IMG/VR virus record: IMGVR_UViG_3300033145_003233
Span: 372,001-436,000 of that record
DNA: 64,000 nucleotides
Direction: 5' to 3' (one strand)
The notes below the pieces were generated by a model, which did no database searches, had not been told where the DNA came from, and saw only the letters and a program-made list of their open reading frames with translations. This document shows positions 28,730 through 38,394 of the stretch, one piece after another. The translations under genes and the position numbers were made by a program. Positions within the stretch are counted from its first letter, which is position 1. Every line of letters begins with the position of its first letter.

Positions 28730-29437
28730 TCAAATAATAAATTCTCCATCCTCCCTAGCGGTAATTAATTTTTTTCTCACTCCCTCTCGCCCTTCTTCTT
28801 TAATATAATCATCTGGGTCATAACCCTCTGGCAAAAATACCGGAAAGAAATTCAAACCATAAGTATTCAAACTATATTTTTCATACATCTTCATGGCTCT
28901 TTCTATAGCGGCTCTTCCTGCCGTGTCCCCATCAAAAAATAAATAAAAATCAGTGCAATATTTGGATAGTAAAGAAATTTGAAAAAGAGTGAAAGCGCTA
29001 CCGCAGCATCCCACTGTCATCGTAAAACCATTAGTGTGAAAAGCAGCAACATCAAATTCTCCCTCAACCACTATAACTTTATTTATTTTGTAAATAGTTT
29101 TTTTGGCATAATACAGACCATATAAATAAGATCCCTTGTCAAAAGTTTCATGCCAAAACCTATTTCTAACATTTTCATTTAGATGACGAGTTGATAGGAC
29201 TATTAGTTCCCCGTAAGCATCATAGATAGGAGTTATAATTCTACCTTGTACTTCATGGTGAAATTCCATGGGGCAATAGCCCATATCAAATCGCTCTATT
29301 ATGTCACTAGAAAATTTCCTAGTATCTCGAAGATATTCAAGAGCCTGTTTTCCTTCTGGCTTTTTTAGGGTTATCTTCCCCGCCTGAACTATCTTCTTTC
29401 TCTCCATCTCCGGAAAGCTGTCCCTTAGATTTCCCAC
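28730..29437 (-). CDS. dnaG: DNA primase catalytic/Toprim domain (no Zn finger)
   Basis: YL..R, RIITPI, LYGL, VVEGEFD, FDGD.AG, DPD. Confidence 0.88.
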   Translation of the reverse strand: MGNLRDSFPEMERKKIVQAGKITLKKPEGKQALEYLRDTRKFSSDIIERFDMGYCPMEFHHEVQGRIITPIYDAYGELIVLSTRHLNENVRNRFWHETFDKGSYLYGLYYAKKTIYKINKVIVVEGEFDVAAFHTNGFTMTVGCCGSAFTLFQISLLSKYCTDFYLFFDGDTAGRAAIERAMKMYEKYSLNTYGLNFFPVFLPEGYDPDDYIKEEGREGVRKKLITAREDGEFII

Positions 29438-30593
29438 TTACTTCTCCACTTTTCAAGGGTCTATAAAGACTAATCTCAGGAGGAAGGATAACACCCTTTT
29501 CCGAAGCCATTTCCTTAATATCATTAATAAATTCATCAATTAATGAATTATCAACAATATGCTTAATAAAATTCTTTTTTCCTTCAATCCTTAATTCTTT
29601 CCACTTAAATACCTCATGCCGAACCGATACGAGCTTAACCTGTCTCCCAGTATCAAAAGCTATATCCTCTATTTCAGGGAAATAAGGCTCATAATAAATA
29701 GGAATATCTAATGTCTCAGTAAATGGTTTAGCAAATCTATTCTTAACCAACCTAACACCCGCATGCCTACCTATTAACATATCCTCTCCAGTTTCTGGAT
29801 CGGGAATATTAATATTTGCATCTTTACCACTCTTCTTAGAAATCTTTAAACTGAGAGAAGCATTATGTTTTAAAGAATGACCACCAGGACTAGTCTCTGG
29901 ATTGCCATACCTCTGTCCTATTTTTTCCCTCAATTGATTAATAAAAACAAGAAGAGTACCATTCTTTTCGGCATATGAAACTAATTTTCCCAACGCCTTC
30001 GTCAACAATCTTGGAAGCAAACCCATAAATTCTTGTTCTGTATTTGCCTCAAATAATGCCTTTGGAACCAAGTTTGCAACAGAATCCAATACTATTACTT
30101 TTATATCGGTTTCTGCCCAACCCCCATCTTTCTTCTTCCCCATCATACTCATCATAATATCAAACGCATCTTCTGCATGAATGGGCTTCTCTGGGTCATC
30201 ATAATTAATGAAATCGACAATGGCCAATTTATCTCTATCGCAACCATTAATAGTAGCAAGATCTTTATTAAGAGAATGTTCAGCATCAATCCACCCAACC
30301 TTATATCCCATTTTCTGGGCATATCCTGCAATCCTATATGCTATGGACGATTTGCCGCCACCCTCTTCTCCAAAAATTTCAATTAACTTGCCAAGAGGAA
30401 TGCCAAGAGTTTTACCTGGGTCATAGCCATCTACCTGACTTAAATCAACTTTACTAGGATCTCTCCCATATTGAATAATAAAATCCAATCTAAAATGCCC
30501 CGTAGGAATATTGCAAGGAGGTTTTGACCTTACCCCAATCCGACAAAGACCCTCTAACCCTGGAGGGAGACCATCTTTTTTCTTTTTAGACAT
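29337..30593 (-). CDS. recA: RecA/UvsX recombinase
   Basis: EIFGEEGGGKS, IDAEH, VLDSVA, FINQLREKIG..YGNPETSPGG..LK. Confidence 0.93.
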   Translation of the reverse strand: MSKKKKDGLPPGLEGLCRIGVRSKPPCNIPTGHFRLDFIIQYGRDPSKVDLSQVDGYDPGKTLGIPLGKLIEIFGEEGGGKSSIAYRIAGYAQKMGYKVGWIDAEHSLNKDLATINGCDRDKLAIVDFINYDDPEKPIHAEDAFDIMMSMMGKKKDGGWAETDIKVIVLDSVANLVPKALFEANTEQEFMGLLPRLLTKALGKLVSYAEKNGTLLVFINQLREKIGQRYGNPETSPGGHSLKHNASLSLKISKKSGKDANINIPDPETGEDMLIGRHAGVRLVKNRFAKPFTETLDIPIYYEPYFPEIEDIAFDTGRQVKLVSVRHEVFKWKELRIEGKKNFIKHIVDNSLIDEFINDIKEMASEKGVILPPEISLYRPLKSGEVSGKSKGQLSGDGEKEDSSGGEDNPKKARRKTGS

Positions 30594-30608
30594 AGATTCC
30601 TCCCTCTC

Positions 30609-31319
30609 TTACCAGTTATTGGCGAAATCATCCTTGCCGGAACTTTTAGAATCAACAGGAGCAGAAGCGGGAGTAGAAGCGGGAGCAGAAGCAGCAGTAG
30701 CGGCTACTGGCTCACTTGGTGTGCTGCTTTCCTTCTTTTGCCATTCTCCAAACAACTTTTCTTCTATTTGCTCTGGAGCATCCGTCTTGTATAATTTCTT
30801 CAGCTTGTCCTTATCCCCATCCAGAGATTCTTTAATAGCTTCTCTTTCCTCTTCGGTTAAAGGAGTATTTGCACAAAACACAACGTCATATTTAGTATTT
30901 AACCCCTTACCACTTACCGTAACGCTCCAATCGCTACCATCCTTACCACTTCCAGGATTTTTGCCCGTTATCTCTAAACTTTTTCCGATTGGGCGAAAAA
31001 CTGTCTGAGGAGCCTCTAAAATCTTAACTTTGCCGTCTGAACGATCAATAACATACGCAGCAAACCTCAAAGAAGGCTTTTTCAACTCAGAATGACGGTC
31101 CCTGACTGGACAAGTATCAGGAGAACCACAAATAGCAGTTCTCAATCTACCATCATGCTTATGAAAATACTTAAAAAATTTCACTGGAGAAAAGATTGGT
31201 CGGATACGATAGCTTTTTCCGCTTTCAAATCTGAGGTAATCATTTTTCTCCCCATCCCCACCACTACTAGTTGTTGGGATAGAATCCCATTGAACAAATT
31301 CCGTCATTTTTTCTGTCAT
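30609..31319 (-). CDS. Single-stranded DNA-binding protein (phage gp32-like)
   Basis: Y.IR, Zn-like C...CP.C/H, VKILE, G.GLNTKY.V, flexible tail ending DDFANNW; adjacent to recA. Confidence 0.7.
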   Translation of the reverse strand: MTEKMTEFVQWDSIPTTSSGGDGEKNDYLRFESGKSYRIRPIFSPVKFFKYFHKHDGRLRTAICGSPDTCPVRDRHSELKKPSLRFAAYVIDRSDGKVKILEAPQTVFRPIGKSLEITGKNPGSGKDGSDWSVTVSGKGLNTKYDVVFCANTPLTEEEREAIKESLDGDKDKLKKLYKTDAPEQIEEKLFGEWQKKESSTPSEPVAATAASAPASTPASAPVDSKSSGKDDFANNW

Positions 31320-31361
31320 TTTTCTATTCTCCTGTTTACTAATATTAACTTTACTTGCTAC

Positions 31362-31390
31362 TTTATAACTTATTCACAATCACTTTTCAA
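31362..31390 (-). promoter_or_regulatory. sigma70-like promoter upstream of ssb-recA
   Basis: TTGAAA AGTGATTGTGAATAAGT TATAAA. Confidence 0.65.
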
Positions 31391-31409
31391 AGCATTTTTT
31401 TAAAAATTT

Positions 31410-32516
31410 TTAAATTTCGCCCCAACCAATTTCCCCGGTCTTAAGATGTTTAGGGGCCGAAGACGCCTCGGAAGGCAAATCATCGTAATCATCTAAATTA
31501 TCTATAATTTCTTTATCAACTACTTTATCTACTCTATCTACTTTATCTACTCTATCTACTTTATCTACAGAAGAATAAGTTGCACTAGACAATGCCCTCT
31601 TCTTCCTTCTATCTATCCTCTCAGCAGGAGGAAGCTCCATGCATATAGTAATTTTTCTACTAAAAGTATCATAAGCAGAAGCAAAATTTTTCTCAGCAGT
31701 AATAATAGAATTATGCAAACCTTCTAACCTACTTAGATATAACTCAACATCTCCCATATGTTCAAAAACAAGACCATCTTGCCTAAGACTAGGCTTAAGA
31801 TATTGCGCCCTCGCCAAAATTCCCCTCAATTCTTCTGTAAACCTTTTAAATTGATAGAATTGATTATTAACCCGAACCCCTATATACTTAACCCTCTCAC
31901 GATATTGTTGCACCTCTTCCATATATACAATTATTATAGTTGGGTCAAAAACCTCACTCGCCATATCTACCTTACCATCTGCCAACTCGTTTATCCATCT
32001 TGTGTATTCTATCTGACCTCCTGGTAAATGATTAAAAAGCTTTCTCTTATGTCGATAAAAACCATTATACATAGGAGCTGGACTTGTTAAAAACCACTGT
32101 ACCTTATCATCAATGATCATGGGTTTTTCTTCCTGCACTTCATTATCAAGAGCATCCGTACTCTCCACAACATTTTTAACAACAGCAACTGGAGGTATAA
32201 AATTATCCAACACATCTTCTTGCTCTTCTTGCTCTGTCTCCATTTCTATTTCTATTTCTACTCCATCATCTATTTCCACTACATTCTTTTCATCATCACC
32301 GATAGAGCAAACATCCTTAACAATATCATGAGGATTCTCTTCATCTCCTGAAATTTGACTTATATCTTCTCTAATATCTTCTGTAAGTTTCTGAAAAGAC
32401 TCTTTAGGAACAGCACCATGCCCATCATCTTCTACCTGAGAACCACTATCCTTACCTGATGGCAAGTCAAATATATCTTCAAAATATTCTATATCTATTT
32501 CTTTTTCTTTGGCCAT
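31410..32516 (-). CDS. Hypothetical protein (acidic N-terminus, helical core)
   Basis: Long ORF in replication block. Confidence 0.7.
   Translation of the reverse strand: MAKEKEIDIEYFEDIFDLPSGKDSGSQVEDDGHGAVPKESFQKLTEDIREDISQISGDEENPHDIVKDVCSIGDDEKNVVEIDDGVEIEIEMETEQEEQEDVLDNFIPPVAVVKNVVESTDALDNEVQEEKPMIIDDKVQWFLTSPAPMYNGFYRHKRKLFNHLPGGQIEYTRWINELADGKVDMASEVFDPTIIIVYMEEVQQYRERVKYIGVRVNNQFYQFKRFTEELRGILARAQYLKPSLRQDGLVFEHMGDVELYLSRLEGLHNSIITAEKNFASAYDTFSRKITICMELPPAERIDRRKKRALSSATYSSVDKVDRVDKVDRVDKVVDKEIIDNLDDYDDLPSEASSAPKHLKTGEIGWGEI
31523..31567. repeat. Five 9-bp tandem repeats (VDK/VDR)
   Basis: CT(T/C)TATCTA x5. Confidence 0.85.
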
Positions 32517-32528
32517 AATCCTCGCTCA

Positions 32529-32807
32529 TTAATCAAACATATCAATTTCATCTTTAGGCGTTTTACTGGTTTTTTTTACCTTAACGCTACCTATACATCT
32601 ATCGACCTTAAGGGTTGTAACCACCTCATTATATGTCTTTGTAAAATCTTCTATCAGAATATCTGTAATTTTATTAGTTTTTTCTTCCCTTTCTCCTGGA
32701 TTCTCCCATTCAATTTCTTCCTCTGCCTCCACTGTAATCGTAACTTGCTCAAATTGTTTCGTTTGTATTCCTCTTACTATACTCTTTTTAATTTTAGACT
32801 TACCCAT
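32529..32807 (-). CDS. Hypothetical protein
   Basis: ORF with SD. Confidence 0.65.
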   Translation of the reverse strand: MGKSKIKKSIVRGIQTKQFEQVTITVEAEEEIEWENPGEREEKTNKITDILIEDFTKTYNEVVTTLKVDRCIGSVKVKKTSKTPKDEIDMFD

Positions 32808-32818
32808 ATTATTTTCCC

Positions 32819-32980
32819 CTATTTAATTTGAACATTTATAAATTCAGCTTTTACATCAAAAACCATATTACATTCCCTACATTCGTGAACCTCAACAAAC
32901 TGACCATACTCGATACAACCAGAATTACCGATAAGCTCCAGCTCTCCACTCTCACACTGAGGACACTTTATCTTATTCAT
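32819..32980 (-). CDS. Small zinc-ribbon protein
   Basis: CPQC...CREC; probable start MNKIKC. Confidence 0.55.
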   Translation of the reverse strand: MNKIKCPQCESGELELIGNSGCIEYGQFVEVHECRECNMVFDVKAEFINVQIK

Positions 32981-33015
32981 AGGTTCCCCATATATAATAT
33001 AATGGCTATCACTTT

Positions 33016-34998
33016 TCAAAACAAATCCTCAAACATATCCACTGATTCTATTTTCTTTTTCGTTGTTTTTTTACGATCTCTCCTGATCATCAAAAAATCT
33101 TCCATCATTTCTTCCTTACGATCTATTTGCTTTTTCCCGAAAAATCCCGCTTCGATTAAAGCCTCCACCGCTCTAGTATCTACAATAGAAGAATCAGTTT
33201 TATTCACTATATCCCTCATGCCGCTATAAGGCTGATTGTCCTCTATATGCTTAGCCGTATTTGCTCTCATTCCCTTACATAACAAACTAGGTCTTATCTC
33301 TGTCTTTTTTATCCCGTTTTTTTCATCTTTTCTTTTTTCTATAACATATTGAACCTTCGATTTATTTATGTCTCTAGGAAGGAATTTGATATTCATTTTC
33401 CTTTTAAACTCTTTCTCAAAAGCATCTATTTTATCATATCTGTTTCCCTGAGAACCATTAATAGTCACATCTAACAAAGAGCAAATAAATTCATCAGGAT
33501 AATTAGCTTTCAAAAATGCCGTAGTATAAGAGTTGTATCCATAACAGGCACTATGAGCTAAATTAAATCCATACGAAGCAAATGGAGTAATAAATTTAGT
33601 CCAGTATTGTTGAGCTACATCCCTTGGAACCTTATTATCTATACATCCATCAACAAACTGTTTTTCAAACTTAGCCATAAGATATTCTTTTTTCTTTCCA
33701 ATGGCCTTAATCATTACATAACCATCTGTAATAGTAAAACCAGCTAAGTTGCTACATATCTGCATCACTTGTTCTTGAAAACACAAAACCCCATAAGTCT
33801 TTTTTAGATAAGACTTTACAAAAGGCTCAATTGACTTGTGGAAATAAGTTACTTCTTTTTCTCCGCTCTTCCTATCACAATATTCTGGAATACTATCCAT
33901 TGGACCAGGACGATAAAGAGCCAAACCAGCAACAATATCTTCAAAACTATCAACACCTATACTTCTCATGGTATGTTGCATACCATAATTCTCACATTGA
34001 AAAACTCCACCCAAATTACCATCTCTATATAATTTAAAAGCTCCCGCGTCATCAATAGGGAGATTCTCCAAATCAATTTCTATCCCCCAATAATCTTTTA
34101 TTTTTTCTACTGTTTTCTTAATTACCGTCAAAGTGGCAATAGCTAGAACATCAAATTTAATCAACCCCAAAACTTCTAAATCTTCATTAGGAAATTGGGT
34201 TGCCAGCACCCCCTTCTTAGCATTTCTTAATGGAGCTATTTCATTTAAAGGAATATTAGAAACAACCACGCCAGCCGCATGAAAACCGAAATTAGCGAAT
34301 GTGCCTTCGATCACCTCCATATACTCTTTTATACCTGTATCTTCGTACTTATCTATATAATGTCTAAAATCTGGACAATGCTCATAAGCATCATCGAAGG
34401 TTTTAATAAGATGACTATTCCCCCCTTCATCTTTAACTTTAAGCAAGCCATATTTCGGAAATGGTGATAAAATTTCAGAAGCCTTAGCAGCATTTTCGCT
34501 TATATAGGAATCTTTTCCTTTATGAAAAGCATCTGCGATATCTAGTGCTTTAACCACCCTAGTAACACATGATTTAAATTTTAATAAACCATGAGTACCT
34601 ATATTCCCAACATTCTCTCTGCCGTACTTATTTATAATATAACTATATACACCATCCCTATTCTCATAATCAAAATCAGTATCTATATCAGGCAAGCCAG
34701 CTCTAGCAAAAGCACGTCTGGTGGGGAGGAAATCTCCCGATGGCTTAGTTTTAGTCATACCAAGAAAATAGGCCGTCCAGCTATTAATATCATTCCTATT
34801 ACCAGCTTTTTTATCATGATTTTTCCATATATTGTAAAAAACTTCCAAATTATTCCTAGATTCCAGCCCCTCTGTAGTTTCCATTAATTCCATTTCTCGC
34901 TTTGCTTTTGAAAGAATTTTGGATAAATCAGAATGATCAGCGTATTTTCTCTCCACCGCCTCTATGATTTCTAACTTAATTACCCTCAATTCTGCCAT
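33016..34998 (-). CDS. dnaE: DNA polymerase III alpha subunit, C-terminal (catalytic) part
   Basis: PDIDTDF, HAAGVV, KFDVL, GVFQ.E, YRPGPM, FQEQVM, YGFN..HS. Confidence 0.93.
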   Translation of the reverse strand: MAELRVIKLEIIEAVERKYADHSDLSKILSKAKREMELMETTEGLESRNNLEVFYNIWKNHDKKAGNRNDINSWTAYFLGMTKTKPSGDFLPTRRAFARAGLPDIDTDFDYENRDGVYSYIINKYGRENVGNIGTHGLLKFKSCVTRVVKALDIADAFHKGKDSYISENAAKASEILSPFPKYGLLKVKDEGGNSHLIKTFDDAYEHCPDFRHYIDKYEDTGIKEYMEVIEGTFANFGFHAAGVVVSNIPLNEIAPLRNAKKGVLATQFPNEDLEVLGLIKFDVLAIATLTVIKKTVEKIKDYWGIEIDLENLPIDDAGAFKLYRDGNLGGVFQCENYGMQHTMRSIGVDSFEDIVAGLALYRPGPMDSIPEYCDRKSGEKEVTYFHKSIEPFVKSYLKKTYGVLCFQEQVMQICSNLAGFTITDGYVMIKAIGKKKEYLMAKFEKQFVDGCIDNKVPRDVAQQYWTKFITPFASYGFNLAHSACYGYNSYTTAFLKANYPDEFICSLLDVTINGSQGNRYDKIDAFEKEFKRKMNIKFLPRDINKSKVQYVIEKRKDEKNGIKKTEIRPSLLCKGMRANTAKHIEDNQPYSGMRDIVNKTDSSIVDTRAVEALIEAGFFGKKQIDRKEEMMEDFLMIRRDRKKTTKKKIESVDMFEDLF

Positions 34999-35022
34999 AT
35001 AAATCTCCCCTACGTCAGCTAT

Positions 35023-35051
35023 AGAATATCCGATTCCCTTTCACTTTTCAA
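35023..35051 (-). promoter_or_regulatory. sigma70-like promoter upstream of dnaE C-part
   Basis: TTGAAA AGTGAAAGGGAATCGGA TATTCT. Confidence 0.6.
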
Positions 35052-35264
35052 CTATAAATCTAAAATTTCGAATCTCAACCCAATATCTGAAACGATATCT
35101 CCATATCCCCTAATAGAAATAGGAGGTTGAAATCTTTTTTCTTTCAACTCGGATACGCTAATAGTGGGAGTAACAAACAATGGAGTATAAGGGACATATA
35201 TATATGCCTCCCCTAGAATATCTCCTCCTTTAAAACCAAGCCGGATTTGACTAGCTGTAGCCAA
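35052..35264 (-). CDS. Small protein resembling the C-terminal segment of T4 gp23-type major capsid protein, with RFEILDL tag
   Basis: LGFKG....AYIYVPYTPL..TP....FQP...R.YG versus gp23 VGYKG...AG.YY.PY..L.....FQP....RYG. Confidence 0.55.
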   Translation of the reverse strand: MATASQIRLGFKGGDILGEAYIYVPYTPLFVTPTISVSELKEKRFQPPISIRGYGDIVSDIGLRFEILDL

Positions 35265-35282
35265 TGTTTTACTCCCCCTCTT

Positions 35283-35513
35283 TTATAAATCCAAAATTTC
35301 AAACCTACTTTCTATAGGTTCCCATTCCCACATTATTGATGACCCATAAGGGACAATTATAGAACCAAGAGTTGTTCTTAACCTCATATATTCCAGCATC
35401 ACATCATGGGGAATCTCTCCCCTCCCATAATATTTTATCATCTCTTGAGTTCTCTCGTCCTCAAAAAATTCAACTTTCCCATTAATAGATATCTTAATAT
35501 CTGTCAACGCCAC
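35283..35513 (-). CDS. Hypothetical protein with RFEILDL tag
   Basis: Ends PIESRFEILDL-stop. Confidence 0.6.
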   Translation of the reverse strand: MALTDIKISINGKVEFFEDERTQEMIKYYGRGEIPHDVMLEYMRLRTTLGSIIVPYGSSIMWEWEPIESRFEILDL

Positions 35514-35826
35514 CTAAGTCATCCTCTAATTCATGCTCATGCGAATCATCATTTAAGTCAGAAAAATCCATAGCTCGAACAATATTCCCGATATGGTTAG
35601 CCAGTACAGGGTTTTCTGCCTGCATTTCCTCTATCGTATATCTATCTTTCATCCACCGATTCTCCATTTTTTTATCATCGAAAAAAACATACATACCCTT
35701 CCTAAATTCTGATTTATCGCCAAATTTAGTGTACACTAAGATTCCCCCATCCTTAATTTCTTCACGACTCACTATCTCTGTCACTCCTCTTGACCCATCA
35801 TCAAATTCATATCCTATATACAACAT
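35494..35826 (-). CDS. Hypothetical protein sharing C-terminal ELEDDLGGVDRY with DnaE N-part
   Basis: AGGAG SD; identical last 12 aa. Confidence 0.7.
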   Translation of the reverse strand: MLYIGYEFDDGSRGVTEIVSREEIKDGGILVYTKFGDKSEFRKGMYVFFDDKKMENRWMKDRYTIEEMQAENPVLANHIGNIVRAMDFSDLNDDSHEHELEDDLGGVDRY

Positions 35827-35858
35827 TCTATTCTCCTAACTTTTATTAATATTATCTT

Positions 35859-36896
35859 TCAATTTTTTATATGCTTCTTTAATTCCCAAATTGCTCTCTT
35901 ATATCTCGGCATAAATGTCTCATATTTACAATCCCCAGGTTTAACAGTCCTTAAAGTTATTCCAAGTTCTTTACATTTTTTACGCTTTCTCTTATCTCTA
36001 TCTTTTTGTTGCTTTAGCTTACTTTCTCCATGAATAGGTTTATAATGAAAGTTCCCACTAACCTCTACTGCATAATTTATATCAGGGAAATAAAAATCTA
36101 GCTCTAAAGGAGCAACAACTGTTCTATTATTTCTATCATATTTTACATTCAGTTTTTTAACCAATTTTTCAAACTGAGTCTCTACAAATGATTCTTTAAA
36201 TTTATACTTAGCGAAACATCTAATAGAACAAAAATGATGCTGATTCCTTTTAACATAAATAGGGGATTTAAAAACATTTTTATCGCATCCGTCACATTTT
36301 ACCCGAATTTTATTATTCTGAAATTCATTACAACACTTTTTTGAGCAAAATATATTATCCTTCCCCCTTAAAATGCTAGGAGATCTATATAAAATCTTAT
36401 CACAATTTTTACAATATACTCTCATTCTTTTATTATTATTGTCACTCCTGCATTTGATCGAGCAACAGTGAGTGAGGCTTCTTTTTCGTTCTGCTGAATT
36501 TTTATAAAAGTTTTTCCCACATACCTCACAGGCTACACTATTAATCCTTTGATAATAACTGGACTTACACTGCATATTACAAAAATATATATCTGTTTTA
36601 TTATCATCCCTCTCTCTCTTACATCTGTAAATAGATTTATGACAATTAGAACATCTTACTTCATTTTTTTCTATTTTATGCTTCGACAAACATATTTTAT
36701 TACAATAATGATGCTTAGACTTTTCTAAATATTTTTTTCCTCTCCTATTTTTTTTACCACAATAATCACAGTCTATTATTTTCGATCCCTTAATATCATT
36801 AGCACAATTCCTGGAACAACAATTTGTTTTACTTTTTAATATATGTGACAATTTTTTATAGAATTCTTTACCACAATAATCACAGTCTATAAGCAT
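35859..36896 (-). CDS. Homing endonuclease with Zn-finger (CxxC..FCS..C) repeats and Vsr/DUF559-like nuclease
   Basis: Six C..C.K.....(F/Y)C...C repeats; ELDFYFP..YAVE..G.FH. Confidence 0.75.
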   Translation of the reverse strand: MLIDCDYCGKEFYKKLSHILKSKTNCCSRNCANDIKGSKIIDCDYCGKKNRRGKKYLEKSKHHYCNKICLSKHKIEKNEVRCSNCHKSIYRCKRERDDNKTDIYFCNMQCKSSYYQRINSVACEVCGKNFYKNSAERKRSLTHCCSIKCRSDNNNKRMRVYCKNCDKILYRSPSILRGKDNIFCSKKCCNEFQNNKIRVKCDGCDKNVFKSPIYVKRNQHHFCSIRCFAKYKFKESFVETQFEKLVKKLNVKYDRNNRTVVAPLELDFYFPDINYAVEVSGNFHYKPIHGESKLKQQKDRDKRKRKKCKELGITLRTVKPGDCKYETFMPRYKRAIWELKKHIKN

Positions 36897-36978
36897 ATTT
36901 CTTATCTCCTATTGAAAAATAAATGTTCTCAACTATTATTAAATACAATTTAATAGGAGATAATCCCTCTTTTATTTT

Positions 36979-38391
36979 TTAATAACGGTCTACTCCCCCA
37001 AGATCATCTTCTAATTCTCTATCTACATCTCCTTTATCGGCGGCTTGTTGAATAAGGTTTTCCTCAAAGCCAAAATCTGACTCTTTTATAAACTTGAGCG
37101 AATCAAACCCAAGGAATCTCTCCCACAACAACCCATGTTCTATAGGGTCAATCCCATATGTAATCCCCAAACACCTCAACAAGACACTCGCATAACCCGA
37201 TCCACGCCCACAACCAACTAATATACCTCGTTCTTTGGCATCCTGGATATAATCTCGAACAATCAAAAAATAAGTCGAAAAATCATAATTATTACTTTCC
37301 TGTGCTACCAAAACATCTTTTAATTCCAGTTCTAATCTTTCAACATGTTTTTTACTATTATTCCATCCTACAGTCTTCATGCCTTCCCATGCAAGACGAC
37401 ACAAATATTCATAAGCATTTTTATATTCAGATGGAATTTCAAATTTGGGCAACCTCATTCCCCCAAATAAATTTTCTTCTATGTTCTTGGTATCTATTCG
37501 TTCAGCCAGCATAACAGAATTAGATAAACAATTAGAAGTGTTATTAAATATCTTCGCCATTTCTTCTGCACTTTTAAGATAGAACTCCATATGACTAAAA
37601 CTCAACCTGTCTGGATCTTTAACGCAACGTTGTTGTGACATGCACATTAAAACTTCTTGAGATTGGCCTTCTTTTCCAATTATATAGTGCCCATCATTCG
37701 TGCAAACTACAGGAATATTTAATTCAGAGGATAGTTTAAAAATTAAGGGGATAATCGCTTTCTCTTCCCTGATACCGTGGTACATTACTTCTAAAAAGAA
37801 ATTCTTATTAAATATCTCATTAAAAGTCCCGCATATCTTCTTTGCTCTATCATAGTTGCCATATACCAAATTGATATTAATAACACTTGATAAACAAGCA
37901 GAGCTACACATCACTCCCTCAGAATGCTTAGCCAGCAAATCTATATCAACTCTTGGATCAAAATAAAAACCATCAGTATATGACTTCTGAGACATACGAC
38001 ATATATTCTGATAACCCTTAAAATTCATAGCATATAAGTTGATATGCCTGTTTCCCCTTCTCCCATCAGGTTGGTTCTTTTTAGTTTTTTTAGTATCTTT
38101 TTTTTCATCGTATTGCCCTATATCCATTTTTCTAGAAAGATACATCTCACACCCAAGTATGGGTTTGATAGGAGCATAGGGAATACTATTGCCTTTTTTA
38201 TCTTTTGTGATACGACAATGTTGAAGGAATTTAATCCATCCCATAACAGACCCATGATCTGTTAGGGCAATAGCAGGAAACCCCATTTGCCTAGCTTTCA
38301 AAACAAGCTTATCAATTTTCGCGAGACCATCAAATTGGCTATACTCAGAATGTACGTGCCAATGAACAAAATCTTTATTTTCAAATTTCAT
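36979..38391 (-). CDS. dnaE: DNA polymerase III alpha subunit, N-terminal (PHP) part
   Basis: HVHSEYS..DG, TDHG, TNDGHY, YFLIV.D, GRGSG, LLWERFL. Confidence 0.93.
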   Translation of the reverse strand: MKFENKDFVHWHVHSEYSQFDGLAKIDKLVLKARQMGFPAIALTDHGSVMGWIKFLQHCRITKDKKGNSIPYAPIKPILGCEMYLSRKMDIGQYDEKKDTKKTKKNQPDGRRGNRHINLYAMNFKGYQNICRMSQKSYTDGFYFDPRVDIDLLAKHSEGVMCSSACLSSVININLVYGNYDRAKKICGTFNEIFNKNFFLEVMYHGIREEKAIIPLIFKLSSELNIPVVCTNDGHYIIGKEGQSQEVLMCMSQQRCVKDPDRLSFSHMEFYLKSAEEMAKIFNNTSNCLSNSVMLAERIDTKNIEENLFGGMRLPKFEIPSEYKNAYEYLCRLAWEGMKTVGWNNSKKHVERLELELKDVLVAQESNNYDFSTYFLIVRDYIQDAKERGILVGCGRGSGYASVLLRCLGITYGIDPIEHGLLWERFLGFDSLKFIKESDFGFEENLIQQAADKGDVDRELEDDLGGVDRY

Positions 38392-38394
38392 CTT

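Noticed and set aside
35494-37017. Target-site duplication from insertion of the endonuclease
   Set aside because: The two copies differ at 7 of 12 codons, all synonymously, which does not fit a neutral recent duplication (an old duplication later kept by selection is not excluded).
34700-37120. Split intein in DnaE as in cyanobacteria
   Set aside because: No intein block A/B after ERFL and no HN-C/S before PDID; the split site also differs.
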